A stretch of DNA of 51,400 nucleotides from Candidatus Saccharimonadota bacterium (GCA_022842995.1 JALHOM010000008.1:1-51400); one strand, 5' to 3'; counted from the stretch's first letter, positions 1 to 10,500 are shown. The notes: a model not told the origin generated them from the sequence alone. Program-made: numbers and translations.

Positions 1-912
1 AGTGAATTCTACAAGGTAGAAGATCCTCGTCTTTTCACGAACAGTGTCGTTAGTGAGCCGTTGGAGGTTGGGTCTGTCATGAAAGCCTTGACTGTTGCTG
101 CGGGAATGGACAGTGGAGCTATATCGCAGAATATGACTTATTACGATCCTGGATTTTATAAAATCGGTGACGCTACAGTACGTAACGTAGAAGAAGATGG
201 CGGCGCCGCGACGCGTTCAACGTCTGACATTTTGAGATACTCGTTAAACACTGGAGCGACCTATCTTCTGATGCAACTGGGTGTCTGTAAAATTAACGAA
301 AAAGCTCGCGTGGCGTGGCATAGCTATCTCGTGGATCGCTTTATGTTTGGTAAAAAAACTGGCATCGAGCAGGGCTATGAGGCCGAGGGCTCTGTGCCAG
401 ATCCTGTAGAAGGCTTTGGCCTGGAAATCCAATACGCCAATACGACATTTGGACAGGGGATCATGGTTTCACCAATTCAAATGTTGTCGGCATTTTCGGC
501 GACAATTAATGGCGGAACTTACTATAAGCCCCATGTTCTGAAATCGGGCGATAGTGCCAATTTTGTTGTGGCTAAGGATATTATTCGGCCTGAACTATCG
601 CCTGTGCTAAGAAGTATGCATGAGAATTCGGTAGTAAAAAACTACACATTCCTTAAAAGAGATGGCTATCGCATCGGTGGAAAAACGGGAACTGCCGAAA
701 TTACGAAACCCGGTGGCGGCTATTATGACGATCGTTTCAATGGGACGTTCGTTGGATACGTCGGTGGTGATCAGCCTGAATATGTTATTATGGTTACGAT
801 AATTGAGCCGAAAAATGGCGGTTATGCCGGTAGGGCGGCCGCAGCACCAATGTTCGGAAAAGTAGCCGATATGCTGATAGGCAATTACGCAGTGAATAAG
901 GTTTCTAACTAA
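1..912 (+). CDS. ftsI: Penicillin-binding protein (FtsI/PBP2-type transpeptidase), 5'-partial
   Basis: Frame is open from base 1; SxxK (SVMK), SxN (SLN) and KTG motifs; lies upstream of mraY-ftsW-murG. Confidence 0.9.
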   Translation, partial: SEFYKVEDPRLFTNSVVSEPLEVGSVMKALTVAAGMDSGAISQNMTYYDPGFYKIGDATVRNVEEDGGAATRSTSDILRYSLNTGATYLLMQLGVCKINEKARVAWHSYLVDRFMFGKKTGIEQGYEAEGSVPDPVEGFGLEIQYANTTFGQGIMVSPIQMLSAFSATINGGTYYKPHVLKSGDSANFVVAKDIIRPELSPVLRSMHENSVVKNYTFLKRDGYRIGGKTGTAEITKPGGGYYDDRFNGTFVGYVGGDQPEYVIMVTIIEPKNGGYAGRAAAAPMFGKVADMLIGNYAVNKVSN

Positions 913-931
913 CGAATAGCAGGAAAATACA

Positions 932-1978
932 GTGATTCCAGAAACGTTGACGATCAATCTCCAAGCAACAAAGTTAGTAGAAATTATGCTCATGGCTTTT
1001 CTTGGTTTTGCGCTCAGCAGCCTTGTTACGCCACTCTATACCCGCTATGCGTATCGTTGGCAGTGGTGGAAGAAGCCGCGAACGACAGCTGTTACCGGAG
1101 AAAGATCGAAAGTTTTCCTTAAATTACATGCTGCAAAACATCGTCGAAATATCCCGACAATGGCCGGTATCATCTTTGTCTTTAGTGTCGTTGTTATAAC
1201 GCTCATGTTCAATCTCAGCCGGGACCAGACGTGGTTGCCACTGGCTGCTTTTGTGGGCGCTGCCGCTATAGGGCTCATCGATGACATTATTAATATTAAG
1301 GGTACAGGAGCAGGGGTCGCCGGATTGCCTTCAAAGCTTAAGTTGCTGCTTATTACTCTCGTAGCACTGATTGGCGGGATTTACTTCTATACCAAACTCG
1401 ACGTTTCCTCAATACATGTGCCTTTTTATGGTGAATTAGGTTTGGGATGGCTTATAATCCCACTGTTTGTGATTACGATAATCAGTACAGCCAATGCGGT
1501 AAATATTACCGATGGATTAGACGGACTGGCTGGTGGTCTGGCCGCAATCGCGTTCGGTAACTATGCGATTATTGCCTTTTTGCAAGGTCGTATTGGCGTG
1601 GCGGGTTTCTGTATGACGATTGTCGGTGTGCTGCTTAGCTATACCTGGTTCAATATACACCCAGCACGCTTTTTTATGGGCGATGTTGGTTCGTTTTGTC
1701 TGGGTACTGCGTTGGGCGTTGTGGCGATGATTACCGATACCGTGCTTATTTTACCAATCATTGGTGCTATCTTTGTCGCAGAGGCGGGATCGAGTTTGAT
1801 CCAAATTCTCTCTAAGAAATACAGGGGAGGAAAGCGAATTTTCAAGATTGCACCCGTCCATCATCATTTCGAGGCATCTGGCTGGCCAGAGACCAAGGTT
1901 ACCATGCGGTTTTGGGTGCTCGGTCAGGTATTTGGATTCCTCGGTATTGTTGTATTTCTTCTCGGTAGCTACGCGTAG
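932..1978 (+). CDS. mraY: Phospho-N-acetylmuramoyl-pentapeptide transferase
   Basis: PTMAG, IGLIDD, NAVNITDGLDGLA, FMGDVGS and APVHHHFE motifs; multi-TM. Confidence 0.97.
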   Translation: MIPETLTINLQATKLVEIMLMAFLGFALSSLVTPLYTRYAYRWQWWKKPRTTAVTGERSKVFLKLHAAKHRRNIPTMAGIIFVFSVVVITLMFNLSRDQTWLPLAAFVGAAAIGLIDDIINIKGTGAGVAGLPSKLKLLLITLVALIGGIYFYTKLDVSSIHVPFYGELGLGWLIIPLFVITIISTANAVNITDGLDGLAGGLAAIAFGNYAIIAFLQGRIGVAGFCMTIVGVLLSYTWFNIHPARFFMGDVGSFCLGTALGVVAMITDTVLILPIIGAIFVAEAGSSLIQILSKKYRGGKRIFKIAPVHHHFEASGWPETKVTMRFWVLGQVFGFLGIVVFLLGSYA

Positions 1979-1995
1979 GCTAGGGGGAGGGGGTT

Positions 1996-3270
1996 ATGGC
2001 AGATTTTCGTTCACGACAAGTCGATAAGCGTCCTAGGAGAGACCGCAGTTCTTCGCAAATGGGGACCGAACCTAGTCGAAAGCATAAGCCAGACTATCTT
2101 CTGTTGATCATTTCGTTACTTCTGTGTGTGGTGGGGCTTATCGTGGTTTACGCAATCAGTCCTGGATTGGCTATTACGAATAATGTCGATAATAACTTTT
2201 ACGTTATTAAACAGTCTGTGGCGATTGTGCTGGGATTGATCGCCTTTACGATTTTTGCGTTATTGAAACTAGAAGTTTTGCAGTATTTTCGCAAGATTTT
2301 AATTGGCCTTGCAGTCGCCGGTGTGATCGCAGTCGAGGTCATGAATGATGGAACTTCGCGCTGGATCCAGATTGGAGGCTTATCTTTCCAGGTCGCCGAA
2401 CTAGTAAAATTAGCCTTGATAATCGGACTTGGCTATTTCTTGATCCAGAGACAGCGAGAAGGGCTTTTGGACGATACGCGAAAGACGCTGTTGCCGCTGA
2501 TGGCCGTTTTGCTATTAATCGGTATAGTTGTCGCGTTTATCGAGAGTGATCTTGGTTCAACGGCTGTTATGGTAGCGATAATGGCAGCCATGGCTTTTGT
2601 TATCGGTTTGCCTCTTAAAAAAATTGGTATAGTTGCCGCAATAATCACAGTAGGGACGGTGTTGGCAGTAGTGTCGACGCCATATAGGCGGGATAGAGTC
2701 TCGACGTTCCTTAATCCGACAAGCGATTGTCAGGACGCAGGTTACCAAGCGTGCCAAGCTCTTATTGCTGTTGGAAGCGGTGGAGTTATTGGTAAGGGCC
2801 TCGGCAACAGCGTGCAGGCTTATGGGTACTTGCCAGAAGCTGCCAATGATTCTATTTTTGCCGTATATGCTGAAAAATTTGGTTTTATCGGCAGTGTTAT
2901 TGTTTTGTTCCTATATGTATTGCTATTCTCGAGACTTAAACGGATTATTGAACGAACAGCAGATGGGTTCTCTCGTTTGATCGTTGTTGGTGTGCTGGCA
3001 TGGATTAGTACACAGGCCATTATAAATATTGGTGCAATGCTCGGTCTTTTGCCGCTTAAAGGTATAACTTTGCCATTTATCAGCTATGGAGGCACGTCAA
3101 TTCTGTTTATTATGGCGGCTCTCGGGATTGTTTATAACATATCGCGGTATACTAATTATGAAACCATTCGTAGCGCCAAAATAGATAGGGGAAACAATAG
3201 CTATGACAATAGTCTTCTGCGGGGGCGGGTCAGCCGGACATATAACACCTCTGCTGGCCGTCGCACGTGA
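1996..3270 (+). CDS. ftsW: SEDS-family peptidoglycan polymerase FtsW
   Basis: RWIQIGGLSFQVAELVK, DLGS, YLPEAANDSIFA and GITLPFISYGGTS motifs; dcw context. Confidence 0.95.
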   Translation: MADFRSRQVDKRPRRDRSSSQMGTEPSRKHKPDYLLLIISLLLCVVGLIVVYAISPGLAITNNVDNNFYVIKQSVAIVLGLIAFTIFALLKLEVLQYFRKILIGLAVAGVIAVEVMNDGTSRWIQIGGLSFQVAELVKLALIIGLGYFLIQRQREGLLDDTRKTLLPLMAVLLLIGIVVAFIESDLGSTAVMVAIMAAMAFVIGLPLKKIGIVAAIITVGTVLAVVSTPYRRDRVSTFLNPTSDCQDAGYQACQALIAVGSGGVIGKGLGNSVQAYGYLPEAANDSIFAVYAEKFGFIGSVIVLFLYVLLFSRLKRIIERTADGFSRLIVVGVLAWISTQAIINIGAMLGLLPLKGITLPFISYGGTSILFIMAALGIVYNISRYTNYETIRSAKIDRGNNSYDNSLLRGRVSRTYNTSAGRRT

Positions 3271-4414
3271 ACTAAGATCTCGTTCGTTGAAAGATCTGCG
3301 CTTGGTGTATGTCGGCGAAAAAGGTGGGAAGCTGTCCTTTATCGCAGAGGATAGTGGTCTGTTTGACGAGTGCTATAGTATTCGTGCCGGTAAATATCGT
3401 CGGTATGCATCTGATAGCTGGTTGACGAAGTTGCTCGATCTGCGGACAAACCTCCTGAATCTCCGAGACGGATTTTGGTTTACGATAGGCATCGTGCAGG
3501 CCAGGCGCCTCATGAAGCGGCTTAATCCGGACGCTGTATTTTTAAAAGGTGGCTTTGTTTGCGTTCCTTTGAGTATGGCGGCAGCTAAAACAGAGGCATT
3601 TATCGTGACTCACGATTCCGACGCTATTGCGGGCTTGTCGAATCGACTGGCCGCTCGCTATGCTGACGTTATTTGCACCGGAATGCCTGAAGAATATTAT
3701 TCATATCCAAAGTCCAAAATGCTTTATACGGGGTTGCCGTTAGATAAAGGATATCGACCGTATTCAACTCATGAAAAACGGTTTTTGAAAGAAAAGTACG
3801 AGCTTAAATCATCATCCAAAGTTGTACTCGTCCTCGGCGGTAGCTTGGGTGCTCGCCGCTTAAACGAATGGTGCTCGAAGGCGCTTGACGCGATCGCGGT
3901 TACTGAGCCCAGCTTGCAGGCAATTATTATGTCGGGTAAAGGTAACGATGCTCAGGTTGCTGCTTTACGAAAAGGGTTGAAAAACCCCGATAATGTTCGG
4001 TTCATTGAGTTTAGCTCTGAGCTATTTCAGCTCATGGCCGTGGCGGACGTCGTCGTGACCCGTACAGGCGCCACCGCGATGGCCGAAGCTGGCGCCATGC
4101 AATGTGCCACCATCACAATTCCGAGTCCCGACCTATCCGGGGGTCACCAGGTTAAGAACGCCCAGATTTTATCAGAAGCCGACGCAACCATTTATATATC
4201 TGAAGATCAGATTGCAGGGAAGGGCGGATCCTCTGACATCCTCAAGGGTGCGATAGTCGACCTCTTGAACGACCGAAGTAGAGCGCTTGAAATAGGGAAG
4301 AAGTTATCGGACTTTTACCCCAGCCAGTCGGCAAGTGTAGCTCTCGCAGATTTGCTCACCAAAAAAACATCCAACAAAGAGGCAAGGTCCTCAGGATCGA
4401 AGGCTGAAAAATAG
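3203..4414 (+). CDS. murG: Lipid II GlcNAc transferase MurG
   Basis: GGGSAGHITP, KGGFV, HDSDA, GGSLGA and HQVKNA motifs. Confidence 0.95.
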   Translation: MTIVFCGGGSAGHITPLLAVARELRSRSLKDLRLVYVGEKGGKLSFIAEDSGLFDECYSIRAGKYRRYASDSWLTKLLDLRTNLLNLRDGFWFTIGIVQARRLMKRLNPDAVFLKGGFVCVPLSMAAAKTEAFIVTHDSDAIAGLSNRLAARYADVICTGMPEEYYSYPKSKMLYTGLPLDKGYRPYSTHEKRFLKEKYELKSSSKVVLVLGGSLGARRLNEWCSKALDAIAVTEPSLQAIIMSGKGNDAQVAALRKGLKNPDNVRFIEFSSELFQLMAVADVVVTRTGATAMAEAGAMQCATITIPSPDLSGGHQVKNAQILSEADATIYISEDQIAGKGGSSDILKGAIVDLLNDRSRALEIGKKLSDFYPSQSASVALADLLTKKTSNKEARSSGSKAEK

Positions 4415-4420
4415 CATGTC

Positions 4421-5323
4421 ATGTTGAAGCGAAAAATAAAAAATCAATCCAGAAGAGAAGGGCAGTTGTCGCAAAAAAAACAACAGTCTTTTCATTATAG
4501 TGCTCGGCGAACGGAAAGCGATAGGCAGTTTGATCGTCAAGAAGTGATGGACGAGCCCGAGAAGCGACCGAAAAAACAGGCCAAAGAAAAATGGCAACTA
4601 AGAATTAGAAGATTTGGTTTGTTGGCGGTGGTTTTGCTTCTCCTATGGATTAACTTCTTGCCTGGATCGGTGACGGTCATGAACCCACAGGCTCTAGATG
4701 CTGATCCCAACGACGTGCGTACGTTTGCGCAAAATGAGGCCAAGAAGAGTCTACTCAATAAAAGTAAATTAACGCTCAAAAGAGACGACCTTTCGCGGGC
4801 CATAAAAGATCACTATGTGGGTTTTAGTGATGTAGATGTCTCCTCTGATTTATTTGGAAAAAACATTGTGCTTGATATTACGTCCTCGCGTCCGGCAGTT
4901 CTGCTTAGTACAGGTAGTAATATCTATATTGTTGGTCAGGACGGCGTAGCCTTGGCCGAGGCGAACAAGAAGAAGGCCAGTTTCGATAGTTCGTCAGTTC
5001 CTCTTGTGCAAGATCAGAGTGCTATTTCGATAGAAGTAGGCAAACAAGCGTTATCGACCGAGCAAGTTACCTTTATTGAAGAGGTTGCCTATCAGCTGGA
5101 AACTGGCGGTTTGCCAATAGCGACGATGATTTTGTTGCCGGGTGGTGGTGAGCTTCAAGTGAGGTTCGGCAAGGTTAATTACTACGGGAAGTTTAGTATG
5201 TATGAAGATGCCCGGAAGAGTAGTGGCACGTTTTTGGCGATGAAAGCCGAGTCGGATAAATCGGGCCCTAAACCACAGGAATATATAGATGTACGGATCC
5301 CTGAACGCGCGTATATAAAATAG
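4421..5323 (+). CDS. ftsQ: FtsQ/DivIB-like cell division protein
   Basis: Basic N-tail, single TM, POTRA-like region, C-terminal YIDVRIPER; follows murG. Confidence 0.65.
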   Translation: MLKRKIKNQSRREGQLSQKKQQSFHYSARRTESDRQFDRQEVMDEPEKRPKKQAKEKWQLRIRRFGLLAVVLLLLWINFLPGSVTVMNPQALDADPNDVRTFAQNEAKKSLLNKSKLTLKRDDLSRAIKDHYVGFSDVDVSSDLFGKNIVLDITSSRPAVLLSTGSNIYIVGQDGVALAEANKKKASFDSSSVPLVQDQSAISIEVGKQALSTEQVTFIEEVAYQLETGGLPIATMILLPGGGELQVRFGKVNYYGKFSMYEDARKSSGTFLAMKAESDKSGPKPQEYIDVRIPERAYIK

Positions 5324-5525
5324 ATGTAAACTAACCCTCTCTTCTCTTCTGTTCGTAAAATGTTCGCATTGCTGGAATGAGGTTAAAATAAAAAAACTAT
5401 ATAAACATACAAAAGTGGGGGAATGTCAAAAAAATATATAAAGTCAGGGAAAAGGGGGAATGTCAAAATTTATTGGACGACGCGTGAAAATCCGTGAAAA
5501 TCACATACCATGTGTGGAAAACTAT

Positions 5526-5560
5526 CTAACGGCTAACGGCTAACGGCTAACGGCTAACGG
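5526..5560. repeat. Heptamer tandem repeat (CTAACGG)x5
   Basis: Counted directly. Confidence 0.95.
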
Positions 5561-5937
5561 CTGATAGTTGATGTGTGAGTGATAAAAAAGATGAAACATT
5601 TTTGAAACGAAGACTCGTGGTTTAGGTTATTCGAGGAACCCCTCCCTCCATGGGGGCTAAATCAATAGTATTGCCAATTATCTATAATTCTCTCACCCAC
5701 GTCGCAAAATATACATTGTGCGACGTTTAATCACTGACTTTTGTTCTGGTGATTTATGCCTCTAAATTTTGGTATTTATTGTTCCCTGCGATTTTCGTGC
5801 GATTAATTTTTGCTCCCACTGCCCGACTCTCTACTATGGCTAGAATATGCTTTACATGCGTCGTGGTTTTTAATAGATTTTATATCGCGCGTGTTCGTAT
5901 TTTGCTCTTATTCAATGTTCGCCAAATGTTCGCTTAT

Positions 5938-6546
5938 TTATAGCCTAAGCAATGGATCTATGTCATGGATAATGATCGACGGTTCCGTAATTGATAAAGT
6001 GGTGCCAAATGATATTTGTCTAGGTATTGAGAAATTTAGTCCTTCGTCTTGAAAATCCGAAAGCGTTCGTGCCCCATCGCCGAGCCACCTCCTTCCGTAG
6101 TAATCTGTTACCCCTTTTTGAATTTGATCATTCGACGGTTCGCCCATGATTCTGATTATTTCTACGCGGGCAGCTAAAATATAGTCCCGCGGTAGCCAGC
6201 GTGGGGTGAAGGATTGGTGGCTAGTATGAACGCCTCTAGGCAGGCTTTTTTGTACGTCACTTGGGGCTTTAACTATCCCCCAGACGTGCGGTACGACAAA
6301 CCCGCCACAGTAACTAGCTAACTCAGCGAGCTGTTCGTCAACCACCCCTAAGAGCTCAGGTATTGGAAGACCTTCTTTAACTGCAAATTTTACTGGTCGA
6401 ACGATATTCGTCCTACCCTCTTGTAATGCTCCCTTTGTGTTGAAATCGTATAAATTAGTAACTAGTTCAGTTGGGTCAAACACTTGGAGTTTTACAGGAT
6501 CAAGTTCGAGGCTCGTTGGCTGAAATTCGACTGAAGGCTTAGACAT
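5938..6546 (-). CDS. Hypothetical protein
   Basis: 202-aa ORF co-oriented with its neighbour; no recognised family. Confidence 0.7.
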   Translation of the reverse strand: MSKPSVEFQPTSLELDPVKLQVFDPTELVTNLYDFNTKGALQEGRTNIVRPVKFAVKEGLPIPELLGVVDEQLAELASYCGGFVVPHVWGIVKAPSDVQKSLPRGVHTSHQSFTPRWLPRDYILAARVEIIRIMGEPSNDQIQKGVTDYYGRRWLGDGARTLSDFQDEGLNFSIPRQISFGTTLSITEPSIIIHDIDPLLRL

Positions 6547-6589
6547 GGCAAAAATTTCTCAAGCGAAGATATCTCAGAGATGATATGTG

Positions 6590-7618
6590 CTAAGCTTCGT
6601 CCAGGGCGTAGGTGGCTTTGCTGACACGCTTGAACTGCTTTTTGCCTTGTAGGTTGAGTAGAATGGTCGTTTCTTTAACGTAGCGGCTTCTGAGAACGCG
6701 CTTGACGATCTCGTCGCGGTGAAGTGGTTCTTGGGCTTCTTTCAGTACCTCGGTGATGATGTCGGCGACTGTTCCCTTTTTGTAGCCCCATTCTTTCAGG
6801 GCGTAGATACCGCGGCCGATCAAGACAAAGCGCTTGTCTTTGATGAGCTCATTATGGATAGCTTGCGTCGTAACGTCTTTGCGCTTGAAGTCTGAATCTT
6901 TGATAGCTTTGGCAATGTCGCTAAAGTGCATGTGTTTGCCGTTTTGCTGCAAAATCACGTAGATCTTGTCGCGAATGTTCTTTGGGTTGACTGTTGGCCA
7001 CTTGATAAGCCCCCACTGCCCGTTAAGGGTTGCAAGATTCTTTGAAGTTGTGGCTAAGGCTTCAGTTTGCTTTACGTCGCTACTGCTCAGCTCTTTGGCG
7101 ATGGCGTCGATAGTCGACGGCTTGCCGAGATCTTTCAGTTTGGCAACGATCTTCCCTGTTGCTTCAGAGGCGGCTTTGTCGTCGATTACTTTCGTAATGG
7201 TTGCGCTGGGGTAAAAATCGTCATTTTCAGCAACAAGGCTGAGGTTTGGGCATAAATCAACAATAAAGCTGATTCGGGACTGATCGATTTTAGTGCTCCC
7301 TTCCCCGCAAATTTCTTGGCTGAGTTTGGCAATTCGTGCCACGTTGCCAAGGGGTTGCAATACTTCTACGAGGGTAGCTTCAAAAGTCTTGAGGCTTTCC
7401 ATCTCTTCGGCTTCGGCGTTGAGGCGCAGACGAGTCATAGTCGCCTTCTCTAGCTGCCTGACGCGTTCACGAGTGATGCCGAGTAGTTCACCTATCTGTT
7501 CGAGGGTTTCTTTTCGGTCGTATAGGCCGTAGCGTCTGGATATAATTTCGCGTTCACGCTCACGGTCGATTGTTTCTAGAATTTCTTTAGTCAGAGTCTC
7601 TACATCTTGTTGGGTCAT
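6590..7618 (-). CDS. Sigma-70 region-4 HTH plus HARE-HTH (RNA polymerase delta-like) domain protein
   Basis: ETLEQIGELLGITRERVRQLE (sigma region 4); C-terminal HNELIKDKRFVLIGRGIYALKEWG wHTH repeats. Confidence 0.85.
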   Translation of the reverse strand: MTQQDVETLTKEILETIDREREREIISRRYGLYDRKETLEQIGELLGITRERVRQLEKATMTRLRLNAEAEEMESLKTFEATLVEVLQPLGNVARIAKLSQEICGEGSTKIDQSRISFIVDLCPNLSLVAENDDFYPSATITKVIDDKAASEATGKIVAKLKDLGKPSTIDAIAKELSSSDVKQTEALATTSKNLATLNGQWGLIKWPTVNPKNIRDKIYVILQQNGKHMHFSDIAKAIKDSDFKRKDVTTQAIHNELIKDKRFVLIGRGIYALKEWGYKKGTVADIITEVLKEAQEPLHRDEIVKRVLRSRYVKETTILLNLQGKKQFKRVSKATYALDEA

Positions 7619-7668
7619 CTGTATGGCCTTCTCTACTTACACATCGATATTCAATTGACTTTAAGTAT

Positions 7669-7697
7669 ACTATATAACCTAAAATCGTCAAAGTCAA
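7669..7697 (-). promoter_or_regulatory. Sigma70-type promoter TTGACT-N17-TATAGT
   Basis: Near-consensus boxes with a 17-bp spacer upstream of the 7618 start. Confidence 0.6.
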
Positions 7698-7894
7698 CTA
7701 TTTTGTGTTTATATTGCTTTTACTGTGAATTTATCGTGTTGTCTAGTTACGCCTTACTAGCCAGACCAGAATTAATCACAATTGTGAATATATAGTACCA
7801 CAAAATAATATCGACTTCCAATATATGCAGAAGCATTTTGACAAGCGCCGTTTCTTATCTGAGAAACAGTTGAAAAAATAGCCCACTAATGTTG

Positions 7895-10183
7895 TTATTT
7901 TTTGCGTCTTACTGTTCGCTTCTTGCGCGCTGGAGCTTTGTCGAGCATGTCACGAGCCATGGCTTCGTCGATGGAATTTGGGTCGGTAGATTTTGGAATT
8001 CGGGCATTCTTTTTACCGTCTGTGATATATGGTCCGTAAGGCCCGTTGACGATCGATACGCCACCGTCGAACTGCTTAATGTACTTGTTCGCCTCTTTTT
8101 CGAGTTTTTGAGCGTAGAGATCGCGGGCTTCTGCCTCAGCAATCGTCAATGGATCAAGTGGCTTTATAGAGACATAGAGCTTGTCTACTTGGATATATGG
8201 ACCAAAACGTCCGATATTGGCTTTGATAGCTTGGCCGTCGGGAGTGGTGCCTACAAGGCGTGGGAGCTTGAACATCTCAAGGGCTTGTTCAAAGGTGACG
8301 GTCTTAAGAGTCGTGCCTTCAGGCAGCGGCGCAAAAGCCGGCTTTTCTTCGCCTTCGGTTTCGCCTTTTTGGAGCATGGCACCGAAGCGACCATAGCGCG
8401 CCACAATCATTTTGCCGGAAGTTGGGTCAACCCCGAGCTCTCGGGCTTTAGAAGTCTCGGCGCGACTTACATCGGCCGATTTTTCGATTAACGGACGAAA
8501 GTCTTTATAAAAATCACCAATTAATTTTTGCCATTTGATGTTCCCGTCGGCTACTTGGTCGAGCTCTTTTTCGGCTTTGGCGGTAAAGTCATAATTAATA
8601 ATTGATGAAAAGTGTGCCACGAGGAAGTCTGTGGCGATTTCGGCGAGATGCGTCGGGAATAATTTCGCGCGTTCTACCCCTGTTGTTTCAGTTGTGGTGC
8701 CTTCTGAAATAGTGCCGTTTTTTAATATAAGCGTATTTAGCTGACGTTCCACTCCTTCAGAATCGCTTTTTTCTATATAGCCTCGACTTTGGATGGTCGA
8801 GATAGTCGGCGCGTAGGTGCTCGGACGGCCGATACCGAGCTCTTCTAGCTTGCGTACCAAAGATGCTTCCGAATAACGTGCCGCTGGCTTGTCGAAGCTT
8901 TGGAGGGCTTGTATTTCGTCGACATCGAGAACTTGGCCAACAGTTACCTTTGGTAAGATGGTGTCGTCTTTGCCCCCGCCGTAGACCTTTAAGTAGCCGT
9001 CAAAAACCATGATCTCGCCTTTGGCGACGAAGAATTTATCGGAGTTATCGATGGCGATTTGGATTTCTGAACGCTGTAATTCGGCGCTAGCCATCTGAGT
9101 CGCCAGGGTGCGCTTCCAGATCAGTTGATAGAGTTTACGTTGTTGTTCGTCATCTCCGGCAGATAAAACGTTGAAATCGGTTGGTCGGATGGCTTCGTGG
9201 GCCTCTTGAGCCGAGGAGTTTTTAGTCTTGAAAGTCCGTCGGTTGTGGTAGTTGGCGCCAAATTCTCCGATGATATATTTTCCGGCGGCTTCGAGAGACA
9301 GCTCGGATAAGTTGGTGCTGTCGGTACGCATGTAAGTGATATTACCGGTTTCATAGAGCCGCTGGGCTAGGGTCATGGTTTGTTTGACGCTATAGCCAAG
9401 TTTTGTCGATGCTTCTTGCTGAAGGCTAGAGGTTGTGAACGGCGGGCTGGGATTGCGCTTACCTGGTTTGGTTATCAGATCAGAAACGCTGAAAGTCTTG
9501 CCATTGATCTCCTCGAAAAAGGCCTTCGCATCGTTAAAATCGGCTATTGAACGAGGCAATTCTGCCTTGAGGGGTTGGCCGTCGACCATAAATACGGCCG
9601 AAACCTTGTATTTAGATGATGCTTCGAAATTCTCTATCTCGCGCTCACGTTCGACGATCAGTCGGACGGCAACAGATTGGACTCTCCCGGCGCTGAGGCC
9701 CGTTTGGACCTTTTTCCAGAGGACGGGCGACAGTTCGTAGCCCACTAATCTATCGAGCACTCTCCGGGCCTGCTGAGCGTCCACCAGGTGAACGTCGACC
9801 GTACGAGGGTTTTTGACGGCTGCTTCGATGGCCGGCTTGGTAATTTCGTGAAAGACAATGCGCTTGGTTTCTTCTGGTTTAAGACCGAGGGCGTGACAGA
9901 GATGCCAGGCAATCGCCTCTCCTTCACGGTCTTCATCACTCGCGAGCCATACTTCGTTGACGGTTTTGGCGATTTTCTTGAGCTCGCTCACGACCTTCTT
10001 TTTATCTGATGGAATTTCGTATGTTGGTTCGAAGTTGTTGTCTTTGTCGATGGACAGGCCCTTTGAAGGCAGGTCGCGGATATGGCCAAAACTACTTTTT
10101 ACGATGAAATCTTTACCTAAGTATTTCTCAATAGTCTTGGCCTTAGCCGGACTCTCTACAATGACGAGATTTTGAGCAGCCAC
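7895..10183 (-). CDS. topA: DNA topoisomerase I
   Basis: LVIVESPAKAKTI, ASDEDREGE, SAGRVQS, ITYMRTDS and C-terminal GRFGPY repeats. Confidence 0.98.
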   Translation of the reverse strand: MAAQNLVIVESPAKAKTIEKYLGKDFIVKSSFGHIRDLPSKGLSIDKDNNFEPTYEIPSDKKKVVSELKKIAKTVNEVWLASDEDREGEAIAWHLCHALGLKPEETKRIVFHEITKPAIEAAVKNPRTVDVHLVDAQQARRVLDRLVGYELSPVLWKKVQTGLSAGRVQSVAVRLIVEREREIENFEASSKYKVSAVFMVDGQPLKAELPRSIADFNDAKAFFEEINGKTFSVSDLITKPGKRNPSPPFTTSSLQQEASTKLGYSVKQTMTLAQRLYETGNITYMRTDSTNLSELSLEAAGKYIIGEFGANYHNRRTFKTKNSSAQEAHEAIRPTDFNVLSAGDDEQQRKLYQLIWKRTLATQMASAELQRSEIQIAIDNSDKFFVAKGEIMVFDGYLKVYGGGKDDTILPKVTVGQVLDVDEIQALQSFDKPAARYSEASLVRKLEELGIGRPSTYAPTISTIQSRGYIEKSDSEGVERQLNTLILKNGTISEGTTTETTGVERAKLFPTHLAEIATDFLVAHFSSIINYDFTAKAEKELDQVADGNIKWQKLIGDFYKDFRPLIEKSADVSRAETSKARELGVDPTSGKMIVARYGRFGAMLQKGETEGEEKPAFAPLPEGTTLKTVTFEQALEMFKLPRLVGTTPDGQAIKANIGRFGPYIQVDKLYVSIKPLDPLTIAEAEARDLYAQKLEKEANKYIKQFDGGVSIVNGPYGPYITDGKKNARIPKSTDPNSIDEAMARDMLDKAPARKKRTVRRKK

Positions 10184-10500
10184 TAACAGCTACCCTCCCA
10201 ATAGAAGGTTGCTCGTGCTTGGTTATAACTGTAATGAACCATGATAGCAGTGAGGATTTTTTGCGGGCCATGAAGACCATTTATTACTATTTTTGGCATA
10301 CTTTCTTCTTGTGCTTACTATAGATTACTGCAAAGCCGAGGGCTATGCAAAGCCGATTGTCGGCCTTTTCTCAGTTGCAGGACGTTGATCTTGCCTGAGT
10401 TTGTTGAGCCGTTTGTTTTTGGGCTCGCAAGGAATAACCCTACCGTATTTGAAATACCTTTGCAAGTCATTAATTGTTACGTTGTGGGTTTACGACGCAG

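Noticed and set aside
5513-5521. DnaA box / oriC
   Set aside because: A single one-mismatch box (TGTGGAAAA); no box cluster and no dnaA or dnaN nearby.
5749-6052. ORFs 5749-5943 and 5810-6052
   Set aside because: Atypical composition, mutual overlap and overlap with the 5938 gene; likely non-coding.
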